Assembly: GCA_030390025.1 (NCBI GenBank)
Contig: CM059432.1
Coordinates: forward strand, 50,842,001-50,906,000
Reading direction: 5' to 3'
DNA: 64,000 bases
From: Squalus acanthias
Lineage: Eukaryota
The position numbers and the translations under genes are program-made. Shown here piece after piece: positions 11,481 through 22,927 of the stretch. Under the pieces are notes generated by a model. That model had not been told where the DNA came from and did no database searches. It saw only the letters and a list, made by a program, of their open reading frames with translations. The first letter of the stretch is position 1, and each line of letters starts with the position of its first letter.

Positions 11481-14254
11481 ATGGCAGATCAACGGCCCAG
11501 GGAGAGAGCTTGCAGATTCTACGACCAATCATTGGAGACCTTGGTCTTTGCTGTGATAAACGAGGGCGGTGCTGTACCCGACAAGTGACAGGAGGCCTTC
11601 ACCGCAAGTCTTCCGTGCCATGTGGAGGGAGGTAGCCCAGCAGGTCTTGGGCAGCACTGTGGTCCCCAGGACCCACACACAGTGCAGGAAGAAATTTAAT
11701 GACCTCACTCGGGTGGTCAGGGTGAGTCAATGCCTCAACAAATGCTACATAACACCGTCTTAACCACAGTCTGCACACACTGGCCAAAGCACCACACCCC
11801 CAGCACTCACCCACCAACAATCTCCACCTACCAACACTCACACCCACATCACACACCTTGCACACAATGACAGCTACTCAACTATGGCAGGCACATCTTC
11901 CAAACACATTGCTCCACACTCACTCACACACTTTCCTCTCTCTTGCAGGCCAAGGTCGCTCACAACAGGAGGGAGCAGGAGCGCACAAGCGGGAGACAAC
12001 CTGACACCCAACCACTTTCTGAGCTGGAGGAAAGAGTGCTGCAAATCTTAATGGCGAGAAACTGGAAAGTACTGCAGTACAAAGGGATCTGGGGGCCCTA
12101 GTGCAAGAAAATCAAAAAGTTAGTATGCAGGTGCAGCAGGTGATCAAGAAGGCCAACGGAATGTTGGCTTTTATTGCTAGGGGGATAGATTATAAAAACA
12201 GGGAGGTATTGCTGCAGTTATATAAGGTATTGGTGAGACCGCACCTGGAATACTGCATACAGTTTTGGTGTCCATACTTAAGAAAAGACATACTTGCTCT
12301 CGAGGCAGTACAAAGAAGGTTCACTCGGTTAATCCCGGGGATGAGGGGGTGGACATATGAGGAGAGGTTGAGTAGATTGGGACTCTACTCATTGGAGTTC
12401 AGAAGAATGAGAGGCGATCTTATTGAAACATATAAGATTGTGAAGGGGCTTGATCGGGTGGATGCGGTAAGGATGTTCCCAAGGATGGGTGAAACTAGAA
12501 CTAGGGGACACAATCTTAGAATAAGCGGCTGCTCTTTCAAAACTGAGATGAGGAGAAACTTCTTCACTCAGAGGGTAGTAGGTCTGTGGAATTTGCTGCC
12601 CCAGGAAGCTGTGGAAGCTACATCATTAAATAAATTTAAAACAGAAATAGACAGTTTCCTAGAAGTAAAGGGAATTAGGGGTTACGGGGAGCGGGCAGGA
12701 AATTGGACATGAGGCTGAGTTCGGATCAGTCAAGGCCCTGTGGGTGGCAGAGCGGGCCCAGGGGCTGAGTGGCCGGGTCCTGCTACTACTTCTTGTGTTC
12801 TTTATATTTGAGGTTAGGATCAGATCAGCCATGATCTTATTGAATGGCGGAGCAGGCTCGAGGGGCCGATTGGCCTACTCCTGCTCCTATTTCTTATGTT
12901 CTTATGTTCTTATAAAGCATTTGGCGCCAGGTGTGGGCGCCGTGGCCACCGGCGAAGTTGACCCCCTTGGGGACAACAATGGTATGTTCATCCCTACTCC
13001 TTCTTCTCACATCCCACTTTCCCCTCACCCCACAAGCCTTTCCCACTTTCCAGCTAATCATGCTGTATGCATGCATTTCTCCCTTCCTGCCCCACTCCCC
13101 TCACCTTAACCCGACTCTTCTGCCTTTATGCTTTCAGATAATGAGCAAGCAGCTGAGCAGCCTGTCTCTGAGGGCACCATAGAGAGCGAGGCGGGAGAAG
13201 AGGTGGACGAAGAACACACCGCGTCATTGCAAGTCTCACCCGCAGGCACCAGCTCAGATACTGGCACTATGCGTTCTTTAGAGGCTAGTATAGTAGTGGG
13301 ATCTGCACAGGGTGATGCACCGGGAACGAGCGGGCTGCAGCAAGGCAGGTGGAAAGGGTAGCTCGGGGGCCAGCTCCCCGGAGGGCGAGTTCGCGCACGA
13401 GTTCTGCTGCACAGGACTCAGATGAGGACCTCGAAGGGGAGGCATTTAGAAGAAGGGTGATGGGCATGCACACGGAGATGATAGGTGCAATGGCAAGGGT
13501 GCCTGAGAGCCATTCGGCAATGATAAGGAGCGTGGAGGAGTCCACCTCCAACATTGCACAAGGCTCTGCGCAGAGCATGAAGCCCATCATTTGCAGTCTG
13601 CAAAGGATGGTGGACTCCCAGTGTGACCATGGCGACCCAGACCTGATGCCGCATGTGATGGCCGATGTCGCAGCTTCCATTGCAGCACAGGCGGAAGCCA
13701 CGCAACGTCTTAGTGCTGTAATGCAGTATATGCTTGGTGCCATCGATTCTCAGACTGCTCTCATGCAGTCTCAGCTTGATGCCACGCAAGCTCTGACTGC
13801 TGCCACTGTGGCTGGGTCTATCACCGTCCACCGGGGCTTTCACGGTATCGCAGCAGGCCATCAATCTGTGCTCCAGCAGATTGGTAGCGATGCTGAGGTG
13901 CTGCCCTGGGGGAGTGGCAGGGGGTCAGTGGAGCAGGAACCTGCTGTCCTCTCTCAGGATGACAGCATTCCTGCTCCCACCACTGGCACTCCACCATTTC
14001 CCTTGTCACTGCCTGTCATCCAGCCAGCCCAGACTGCTGCCGCCCATGCTGAGGTGGTGCAGTCTACAGCCGGGCCTTCCAAGCCCAGTGCTGGTCGAGG
14101 GCGTCCTGCAAGGCCATCTGAAGTCTCCCGCATAGACACTCAGCAGCCTTCCACCAGCCTTGCTGCAGCCACTGGGCCAACACTTCGTAGGAGCACTAGA
14201 GTAGGCAAAGGCACAGGAACGCGAGGCACTAAGGGATTGCACAAGGGTGAATAG
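11481..14254 (+). pseudogene. Harbinger Myb/SANT-like DNA-binding protein gene (3 exons: 11481-11721, 11949-12981, 13138-14254)
   Basis: MADQRPRERACRF...WREVAQQV...PRTHTQCRKKFNDL; GT-AG introns (gtgagt 11722 / ttgcag 11948; gtatgt 12982 / tttcag 13137); exon 2 AKVAHNRREQERTSG; frameshifts and a CR1 insertion in exon 2. Confidence 0.88.
12046..12912 (+). mobile_element. 5'-truncated CR1 family A inserted in Myb exon 2
   Basis: Uninterrupted 203-aa RT C-terminus (12101..12712), 3' UTR hairpin and (TTCTTATG)n tail. Confidence 0.95.
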
Positions 14255-14419
14255 TTAATATTGTTGTTGTAAATATGTGTTCACTGATTATTGATAAATT
14301 TGTTAATTGGCTTTCGATGATTCTGTGGTGTCTCTCATTTCAGCTTGGCGCTGTGATATGGCCAGCGATAGGGTTGGAATGATAGGGATGTGGTGAGCAC
14401 TGGGGATCTGGGGTTTAAT

Positions 14420-15644
14420 TTATTGGATCCGCAGTCTGCTGAGGCTGTCACGGACCACCCTCCCAGAAGGCCAATTGAGTGGCTGCCTCCTCCCTCGCTC
14501 CTGTTCCTCCTCCTCGTCCTCCTCCTTATCTTCCTCTTCCTCCTCTTCTCCCTCCTTGTCTTCCTCTTCCCCCTCGTCCTCTTCCTCCTCCTCCTCTCCC
14601 TCTTCCTCCTCCAGAGGTGGTCCCATAATTCCGGGTGGCAAGGGCTGGGCCCTCATGATGGCCAGATTGTGGAGCATGCAGCAGACCACGATGAAATGGG
14701 ACACCTGCTCAGCCGAGTACTGGAGAGCTCCTCCCGAGCGGTCAAGGCAGTGGAACCATTGCTTGAGCACCCCGATGGTCTGCTCGATGATGTTCCTGGT
14801 GGCGGCATGGCTCTCATTATATGAGTGCTGGGCAGGAGTGTTGGGATTGCGGAGGGGTGTCATGAGCCAGGTGGAGAGCGGATAGCCCTTGTCTCCGACC
14901 AGCCAGCCACGAGCTTGATGTGGTGGCTGGAAGAGTGCTGGCACACCGGTCTGGCGCAGGATGAAGGCATCATGGCTGCTGCCAGGATAGTGGGCATTCA
15001 CATTGAGGATTCGCTTTCTGTTGTCGCACACCAACTTCACATTAAGAGAGTGGTAGCCTTTACGGTTACGAAAGATCTCAGGATTGTTATGAGGTGCCCA
15101 CAAAGCCACGTGGGTGCAGTCAATGTCGCACCATGGAGAAGTCTGCTATTCTGGTAAAACCACATGCACATTCGTCCTGCTTCTCTCTGGTGATAGGGAA
15201 GGAAATATAGTCCCTTCTCCTACTGTAGAGAGCCTCTGTGGCCTCCCGGATGCAGCGATGGAAGGCGAACTGCGAGATGTTCGCTATATCTCCTGTTGCA
15301 GACTGGAAGGAATCGCTGGCGAAGCAATTGAGGGCGACGGTGAGCTTGACTGCCACTGAGAGAGCCGTAGTCGATCTGATCTGAGGCTTGAGGTCTGGTT
15401 GCAGCAGGTGGCAGAGTTTGGTGACCACATCCTTGCTGAAGCGGAGCCTTCTAATCCACTGCTCCTCACTTAATTGGAGGTAAGAGAAGTGCTCTTGAAA
15501 TACCCTCAGCGAGTAAGGCCTCCAGTTGAGAGCCCTGATGGCCCTCCTCCTGACTCTGGCCACATCTTGCAATCTTTCTCATTGCCTCCGCTCCCTCCGC
15601 CGTAGATCCTGGAGGGCGAGGTCGACTGCCAGTACAGCCCCCGT
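14420..15644 (-). pseudogene. Harbinger (HARBI1-family) DDE transposase
   Basis: RRLRFSK, LNCFASDSFQ, IDCTHVA, NRKGYHSLNV, PGSSHDAFIL, GDKGY, RNIIEQTIGVLK, CCMLHN motifs; start codon is ACG here but ATG in the copy at 21918-21920; frameshift near 15125. Confidence 0.93.
14500..14612 (-). repeat. (GAG/GAA/GAC)n acidic-tract microsatellite inside the transposase 3' end
   Basis: Encodes EEEEGEEEEEEDEGEEEDKEGEEEEEEDKEEDEEEEQE in frame. Confidence 0.9.
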
Positions 15645-15928
15645 AATGTAACGATGTGTAGCACTTTGAAATTTTGTCAGAATAAATGTAACAAATTTTT
15701 AGTAGCCACAACACTCCTGATACTAAAGAACCTTTAAATGACTGAAGTAAACTCTTGTACAATCGCAAACTGACAAGAAAGCAGTGAAACCACACTAACC
15801 TGACAGCTGCGACTGATCCCTTTAAATAGCACCCCTGGAGCCGCCATCCGCCTGCTTCACGCCTCCTCTTCCTGTCGTTGTCAGGGAGGAGGCGATAATC
15901 AATTTGGCAGATCGGGCGCTCAGTGGAG

Positions 15929-18912
15929 CCAACTCCACTTTCCTGCACTATCCCCATATCCCTTGATTCACTTAATATCCAAAAATCTATCGATCTCTGT
16001 CTTGAATATACTCAATGACTGAGCCTCCACAGCCCTTTGGGGTAGAGAATTCCAAAGATTTACCACCCTCTCAGTGAAGAAATTTCTCCTCATCTCAGTC
16101 CTAAATGGCCGACCCCTTATTCTGATACTGTGACCCCTGGTTCCAGACTCCCCAGCCAGGGGAAACATCCTCCCTGCATTTACCCTGTCAAGCCCTGTAA
16201 GAATTTTGTATGTTTCAATGAGATCACCTCTCATTCTCCTAAACTCTAGAGAATATAGGCCTAGGCTACTCAATCTGTCCTCATAGGACAATTCCCCCAT
16301 CCCAGGAATCAGTCTGGTGCACTCCCTCGATGGCAAGTATATCCTTCCTTAGGTAAGGAGACCAGAACTGTACACAATACTCCAGGTGTGGTCTCACCAG
16401 GGCCCTATATAATTGCAGTAAGACGTCTTTACTCTTATACTCAAATCCTCTTGTAATAAAGGCCAACATACCATTTGCTTTCCTAATGGCTTGTTGTACC
16501 TGCATGTTAACTTTCAGTGATTTGTGTACAAGGACACCCAGGTCCCTCTGAACACCAACATTTCCCAATCTCTCACCATTTAAAAAATACTCTGCTTTTC
16601 TATTTTTCCTACCAAAGTGGATAACTTCACATTTCTCTACATTATATTCCATTTGCCATGTTCTTGCCCACTCACTTAGCTTGTCTATATCCCCTTGAAG
16701 CCTCTTTGCATCCTTCTCACAACTTACATACCCACCCAGCTTTGTATCATCAGCAAACTTGGATATATTACATTTGGTCCCCTCATCCAAATCATTGATA
16801 TAGATTGTGAATAGCTGAGGCCCAAGCACTGATCCTTGGGATACCCCACGAGTTACAGCCTGCCAACCCGAAAATTACCCGTTTATTCCTACTCTCTGTT
16901 TTCTGTCCGTTAACCAACCCTCAATCCGTGCTAGTATATTACCCCCAATCCCATGAGCCCTAATTTTCTTTAATAACCTCTTGTGTGGCACCTTATTGAA
17001 TGCGTTCTGAAAATCCAAATACACCACATCCACTGGTTCCCCCTTATCTATTCTGCTAGTTACAACCTCAAAAAACTCTAACAGATTCGTCGAACACAAT
17101 TTCCCTTTCATAAATCCGTGTTGACTCTGCCCAATCCTATTATTATTTTCTAAGTGCCCTGTTAACACATCCTTAATAATAGATTCTAGCATTTTCCCTA
17201 CTACTGATGTCACGCTAACTGGTCTGTAGTTCCCCATTTTCTCTTCCTCTTTTCTTAAATAGTGGGGTTACGTTTGCTACTTTCCAATCCGTGGGAACCG
17301 TTCTAGAATCTATGGAATTTTGGAAAATGACAACCAATGCATCCACTATCTCTATAGCCACCTCTTTCAAAACCCTAGGATGTAGGCCATCAGGTCATGG
17401 GGATTTATTAGCTTTCAGTCCCATTTATTTCTCCAGTACTATTTTTTTACACTAATACTAATTTCTTTCAGTTCCTCATTCTTGCTAGACCCTTGGTTCT
17501 CCACTATTTTCGAGAAGTTTTTTGCCTCTTCTTCCATGAAGACAGACACAAACTATTTGTTTAATTTCTCTGCCATTTCCTTATTCCCCATTATAATTTC
17601 TCCTGTCTCAGCCTGTAAGGGACCCACATTTACTTTCGCTAATCTTTTCCTTTTTACAAACCTATAGAAGCTTCTACAGTCTGTTTTTATGTCTCTCACT
17701 AGTTTACTCTCATATTCTATTTTCCTTTTCTTTATCTATTTCTTGGTTGTCCTTTGCTGAATTCTAAAATCCTCCCAATCCTCAGGTTTCCTACTTTTTT
17801 GGCAACATTATAGGCCTCTTCCTTTGATCTACTACCTTGTTAGCTATGGTTGGACCACTTTTCCTGTGGGGATTTTGTGCCTTAAAGGAATGTATATTTG
17901 TTGTAAATTATGTATTAATTCTTTAAATGCTAGTCATTGCTTGTCTACCATCATACTTTTTAAGGTAGTTTCCCAATCTACCTTAGCCAACTTGCTACTC
18001 ATACCTATGTAGTTTGCTTTGTTTAGATTTAAGACCCTAGTTTCGGATTTAACTAAGTCACTTTCAAACTCAATATAAAATTCTATCATATTATGGTCAC
18101 TCTTCCCGAAAGGCCCCTTTACTACAAGGTTATTAATTAACCCTTTCTCATTACACCATACTCGTTCTAAAATAGCCTGTTCCCTAGTTGGTTCCTCAAC
18201 ATACTGATCTAGAAAACCATCTTGCATACATTCCATGAATTCGTCCTTCACACTATTACTGGAAATTTGGTTTGCCCAGTCTGTATTTAGATTAAAGTCC
18301 CCCATGATTACTGTATTACCCTTGTTACATGTGCCTCTAATTTCCTGATTTATACTCTGCCCTACATTACAACTACTGTTTGAGGGCCTATAAACAGCTC
18401 CCATCAATGTTTTCTGCCCCTAGCTGTTTCTTCACTCCACCTAAACTGATTGTACTTCTTGATTTTTGGAGCTAAGATCCTTTCTCTCTACTGTCATTAT
18501 CCCATCCTTTATTATCAGGGCTACCCCGCCTCCTTTTCCATTTTGCCTATCTCTTCTAAAAGTTAAGTATCATGGAATATTTAGTTCCCAACCTTGGCCA
18601 CATTACAACCATGTCTCCGTAATGGCTATTAGATCAAACCTATTAATTTCTATCTGCGCTATTAATTCATCTATTTTGTTGTGAATGCTTCGCGCATTCA
18701 GATATAGTGCCTTTAGCCTGATATCACCTCAGTCACTGATGCCTTATTACCTTTGTTACTTTCTCTGTTCCTTCCTGATCCACTCTGCTTATTTTTACCC
18801 AAACCTCTACTCTGCTCTAGAGCCTTGATATTTCTCTTGCTGCTTTTAAATTTACTCTTTCCTGAATCCTCCCAACCCCCCCTTCATTAATTTAAAGCTC
18901 TGTCTACTGCCC
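15929..18912 (-). mobile_element. CR1 family A LINE, ~3 kb (APE endonuclease + RT), with internal deletions
   Basis: GAVYRP...MGDFN...SDHNMIEF (APE); [29 protein letters not shown] (RT). Confidence 0.96.
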
Positions 18913-19490
18913 AGTTATTCGGTTTGCCATGTAGATGAGGAAGAGGAGGGGGCCAAGGATAGATTGTTGAGGGATTCTAGTGGTAACAGTGTGGGGCCAG
19001 GATGAGAAGCTATTGTTAGAGATGCTCTGGTTATGATCGGATAGTTAAAAATGGAACCAAGTAGTGGCAGTCTTACTGAGCTGGATAACAGAGGAGAGGC
19101 ATTGGAGGAGGATGGTATGGTCGACTGTGTCAAAAGCTGCAGAGAAGTCGAGGAGGGATAATGAACCATGTCTAAAGTCATACAGGATGTCATTTGTGAC
19201 TTTGATCAGGGCTGTTTTAATGTTCTAGCAGGAGCAGAAACCTGATTGGAAAGTTTCAAACAGGGCATTGCGCGAAAGATGGGCATGGATTTGGGAGGGG
19301 ACAACACATTCAAGAAGAGGGACGAAAGGTTGGAGATGGGGCAGTAATTTGCAAGGACAGAGGGATTGAGGGTGGGTTTTCGGAGCAGGGGGGGATGACA
19401 GTGGTTTTGAAAGGTTGGGGAATAGTAGCTGAGGAGAGGGAACCATTTACAATATCAGCTCGTGTGGGGGCCAGGAAGGGAACTTGGTTT
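18913..19490 (-). mobile_element. L2 LINE RT fragment
   Basis: Reverse strand encodes LLDFSAAFDTVDHTILL and FETFQSGF. Confidence 0.8.
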
Positions 19491-19559
19491 CAGGGTCCTT
19501 CTGCTTTTCATGCAACTTCACTTCCTGAAGAGGGGTATCTTCCTCCTCTAGGATCCCAC

Positions 19560-19905
19560 AGAATACAGTGATGCCAGGATTTTCTCAGGTCTATCCAGGC
19601 ACATAAAACACTGCTCCAACATACAAATGATTTGCTCAATGTTTACACAGGTGGATGCCAAGTGTTCAGCTGGTGTCCTGGGATATCACAGACATTTCAT
19701 GATCATCTCGGAACTATCCTGCGATGTTCGTTTGTGGGTCAAATATTCGTTTGACCATGATCTTAAGATGAAGGCATTGAGACAGCTTACATCGAAATGC
19801 CTAGCCCAGTGCATGTGGTTGTAAATGAACCTAACATCCAGAGAGTGAAATCCTTTCTTGTTGTTTAGGAGTGTTGCACAACACTTTATACAAGTGCACA
19901 AAGAC
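19560..19905 (-). pseudogene. Old Harbinger transposase relic
   Basis: ORF 19686..19910: NKKGFHSLDV...AFILR, matching NRKGYHSLNV...DAFILR of the transposase at 14420. Confidence 0.6.
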
Positions 19906-20224
19906 AACAATTTACTTTAGTTTACCCTTGTGTTTGCACTTCTGCCGCTGTTGTTATGTTGATGTAGTTTGATTTGATTTGTTTATTCAGTGCATTTCTC
20001 TATATGCTGACGTTAGTCAGTTTGTGCACAAAAATTTACTCTGGTGAAATTCTAGCACAGTGAGCCTGGTCACAGATTAATTGTTTCAAATATAAATGAC
20101 AATGAATGCAGCCATCACCAACCAGCCCTTGTGTTGAAAATGAATCTTTTTCATTGATAATGCATAGTTCTGAAGTTTGCTAAAGAATAGAGAGAGACAA
20201 TGAAAGCTTAATGGATAAATGCTC

Positions 20225-20495
20225 CACCCAGTGTGGTACTGAGCCACACAGACCATGAATCTCAATTAGAGTAACGGTAATTGCCTACAACTCCCCTGGT
20301 GAGGGGGAAAAAAATGAGACAGGTTCCTTGACCACTATCCAGTGACTATTGTGTGGGCACAGGGCGAGGATAGGATTGGGCTCACCTGTAACTTACTCCA
20401 CAGTTGAATAGCTTGCCAACACTCAAATAGGCTTACGCATGAAGAATGGCCACTTGGTTGAGATGCTAGAGTGTGACTGATGGCCGTGGAATTGC
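20225..20495 (+). mobile_element. Degraded SINE-like element
   Basis: Shares gaatagcttgcc(a/g)aca motif and layout with the reverse-strand element at ~60130-60390 and a head-like stretch at ~28815-28925; family not identified. Confidence 0.4.
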
Positions 20496-20868
20496 TTTAA
20501 ACATTTTAATGCACTGATAATCACCACTCCAAGGACTAAAACATTTTAGAAACATATTGCCCTAGTTCATCCCTTAAAAAACAAAATCCCTCATTTTATC
20601 CCCTCTTCTTCTCAAGGTGCTGAGTCATACTGAATCACAATTCGAAACTCCATTTCCAATCCATGAAAACAGGTGAGGGGCCTGCTCCAAGGCCTCTGTT
20701 GCTGCTGCTCTGTAAATGGCTACTTGGAGGTTCACAACAGTGTGACTCAATCAGCAATTCGCTTATACTGCATTCATTGACTCTCCCACTGACTCAATAA
20801 GGGATGGGAACTGTGGCCACAAACGTAAATCCAATGACCGTACTCCCTGGTCCAGTGTCAAAATGTTA

Positions 20869-22894
20869 AGGCTAGAAATTCGTTATAGCCAAGAAATGGG
20901 CAGTGTTTAGACTAAAAATGGTTAAGCAGCGCCAGTTGAAAATTGTCTATGCTGCATGCAAAATTCGTTCTCACTCCTCATTAAAATGATTGCAGTCATG
21001 ATTCTCATCTAAAAACCCAAGCTCATTGGCGTTACACTGAAAAGATGGACCAATATCGGGGGCAGTCTAAACACAAGTAATGATTGTTACAGGCCTTTTT
21101 TACTACTTAAAGGGGAGGTTCAATGATGCTGCAGCACCTCATTCTCAGCATTGTTGGGTGTGCAGCTGCCTCAACAACCATAAGAAGAAGGACAAGGAGA
21201 AGGAGCACTTATTTACAAATCCTGATGGCAGATCGCCACCCCAGAGAGAGAGCCCGGAGGATTTCTGATTAATCTTTGGAGGCATTGGTTTTAGTGGTGG
21301 AGAGAAGGCGGGCGGTCCTGTACCCGCCAACTGGCAGGAGGCCCTCGCCACAAGTCTGCCAGACTATGTGGAGGGAGGTGGCACACCACGTCACGGGCAG
21401 CACTGTCATCCCCAAGACCCACACCCAGTGCAGGAAGAGGTTTAATGAGCTCCTACGGGTGGTCAGGGTGAGTGAAAGCTTGAACAAATGCTACAAACCA
21501 CCATCTGTGCCACAAGCTTCACACACTGCTCAATGCACCACACCCCCAAGCACTCACCCACCAACAATCTCTACCTAGCAACACTCACACACATCTCACA
21601 CCTTGCACACAATGACAACTATTCAACTATGGCAGGCACAAGGGTTATTAGTTATTAGAAGTCTACTAATTGTGCTTGGAATATTTTGTGGTCTCTCTCA
21701 TTTCACCATTGCGCCCAGGAGGACACTGTGTTGTGACGTGAGACAGAGATTGTATGATGGAGATGTGGTGAGCTGCGGGGATCTGGGGTTTCAGTCATGC
21801 GAATCGGAGTCTGATGAGCCAGTCACGGACAGCCCGTCTGGAAGGCCGATTGTCTCGCTGCCTCCGCTCCCTCCATCGTAGATCTTGGAGGGCGAGGTCC
21901 ACTGCCAGTACAGCCCCCATGAGTTTTAGCAAGTTTGTAGGTTGAAGCTTTTCAGAAATAGTTATGGAGTTTTATACTTGCCACAACACTCCCTGATACC
22001 AAAGAACCTTGAAATGAATAAATAAAACTCTCCCAGTAGCAGGAATTAGCACACAGCCACTCAAACTTCAAAAACCTGTCAGGTCCGAGTGATTGAAAAG
22101 AAAAAAGACTTGCATTTATATAGCACCTTTCAAGACCACCGGACGTCCCAAAGTGCTTTACAGCCAATGAAGTAGTTTTTGAAGTGTAGTCACTGTTGTG
22201 ATGTCGGAAACCCGCTTGCCAATTTGCACACAGCAAGCTCCCACAAATAGCAATGTGATAATGACCAGATAATCTGTTTTAGATTGTTGATTGAGGGATA
22301 AATATTGGCCAGGACACTGGGGATAACTCCCCTGCTCTTCTTTGAAATAGTGCCATAGGATCTTTTAGGTCCACCTGAGAGGGAAGACGGGCCTCAGTTT
22401 AACGTCTCATCAGAAAGACGGCACCTCTGACAGTGTAGCACTCCCTCAGTACTGCACTGGAGTGTCAGCCTAGATTTTTGTGCTCAAGTCTCTGGAGTGG
22501 GACTTAAACCCATGACCTTCTGACTCAGAGGTGAGGGTGCTACCCACTGAGCCACGGCTGACACTATGATGATCCCTTTAAATAGGGTCACTGGAGCTGG
22601 CTTCCTGCTGCGGCACGCCACCTGAAGTTGTCATTGTTTTCTCCAGCCGATAAGTTCATTGGCTGTAACGAAGTTGGGAGATCGGGTGTCAAGTAAGCGT
22701 TGCATACTCACTGATGTCATGATCTCCGTGATGGCGAGGTCCCCGGCGATCATGTTCAGTGGCAGCGCTACCGGCAACACCGTTATGGCGTGCGGTGCTG
22801 GAACCGGCATCAGGTGGCGTTAAAGCTTTTAACGCCATTTTAGCGCCATCTCGCGGCGTTAACGTGTGGCGCAAACCACGTGAATTTCTCCCCC
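20869..22894. mobile_element. Internally deleted Harbinger copy with both ends
   Basis: TIRs AGGCTAGAAATTC / GAATTTCTCCCCC; TTA TSD (20866-68, 22895-97); Myb exon 1 at 21225-21467; transposase reduced to its fused 3' and 5' ends (~21790-21920). Confidence 0.9.
22094..22562 (-). mobile_element. Full-length tRNA-derived Deu-type SINE (SacSINE1-like)
   Basis: Head GTCAGCCGTGGCTCAGTGG (A box)...GGTTTAAGTCC (B box); core TGTGCAAATTGGC...ACAACAGTGACTACACTTC; tail TATATAAATGCAAGT; nested in the Harbinger copy. Confidence 0.85.
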
Positions 22895-22927
22895 TTAGTG
22901 TTTAGCACAATCACACCACCCCTCTAA

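Larger units (their letters stand above)
11132..15928. mobile_element. Near-complete autonomous-type PIF/Harbinger transposon (right end lost)
   Basis: Left TIR GGGGGCGAAATTC; Myb/SANT gene on + and DDE transposase on -, convergent; collinear with the deleted copy at 20869-22894; cut off by a CR1 at ~15929. Confidence 0.92.

Noticed and set aside
13349..14254. 301-aa ORF as a standalone host gene
   Set aside because: It is the frameshifted third exon of the Harbinger Myb gene; homologous relics occur at 23665-24250
14390..14885. Leu-rich and Ser-rich plus-strand ORFs
   Set aside because: Antisense readings of the transposase acidic-tract microsatellite
14420..15644. Domesticated host HARBI1 gene
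   Set aside because: Frameshift, mutated start codon, TIR, paired Myb gene and multiple related copies show it is a transposon copy
22480..22562. tRNA gene
   Set aside because: A/B boxes belong to the SINE head and continue into the SINE body; no complete cloverleaf
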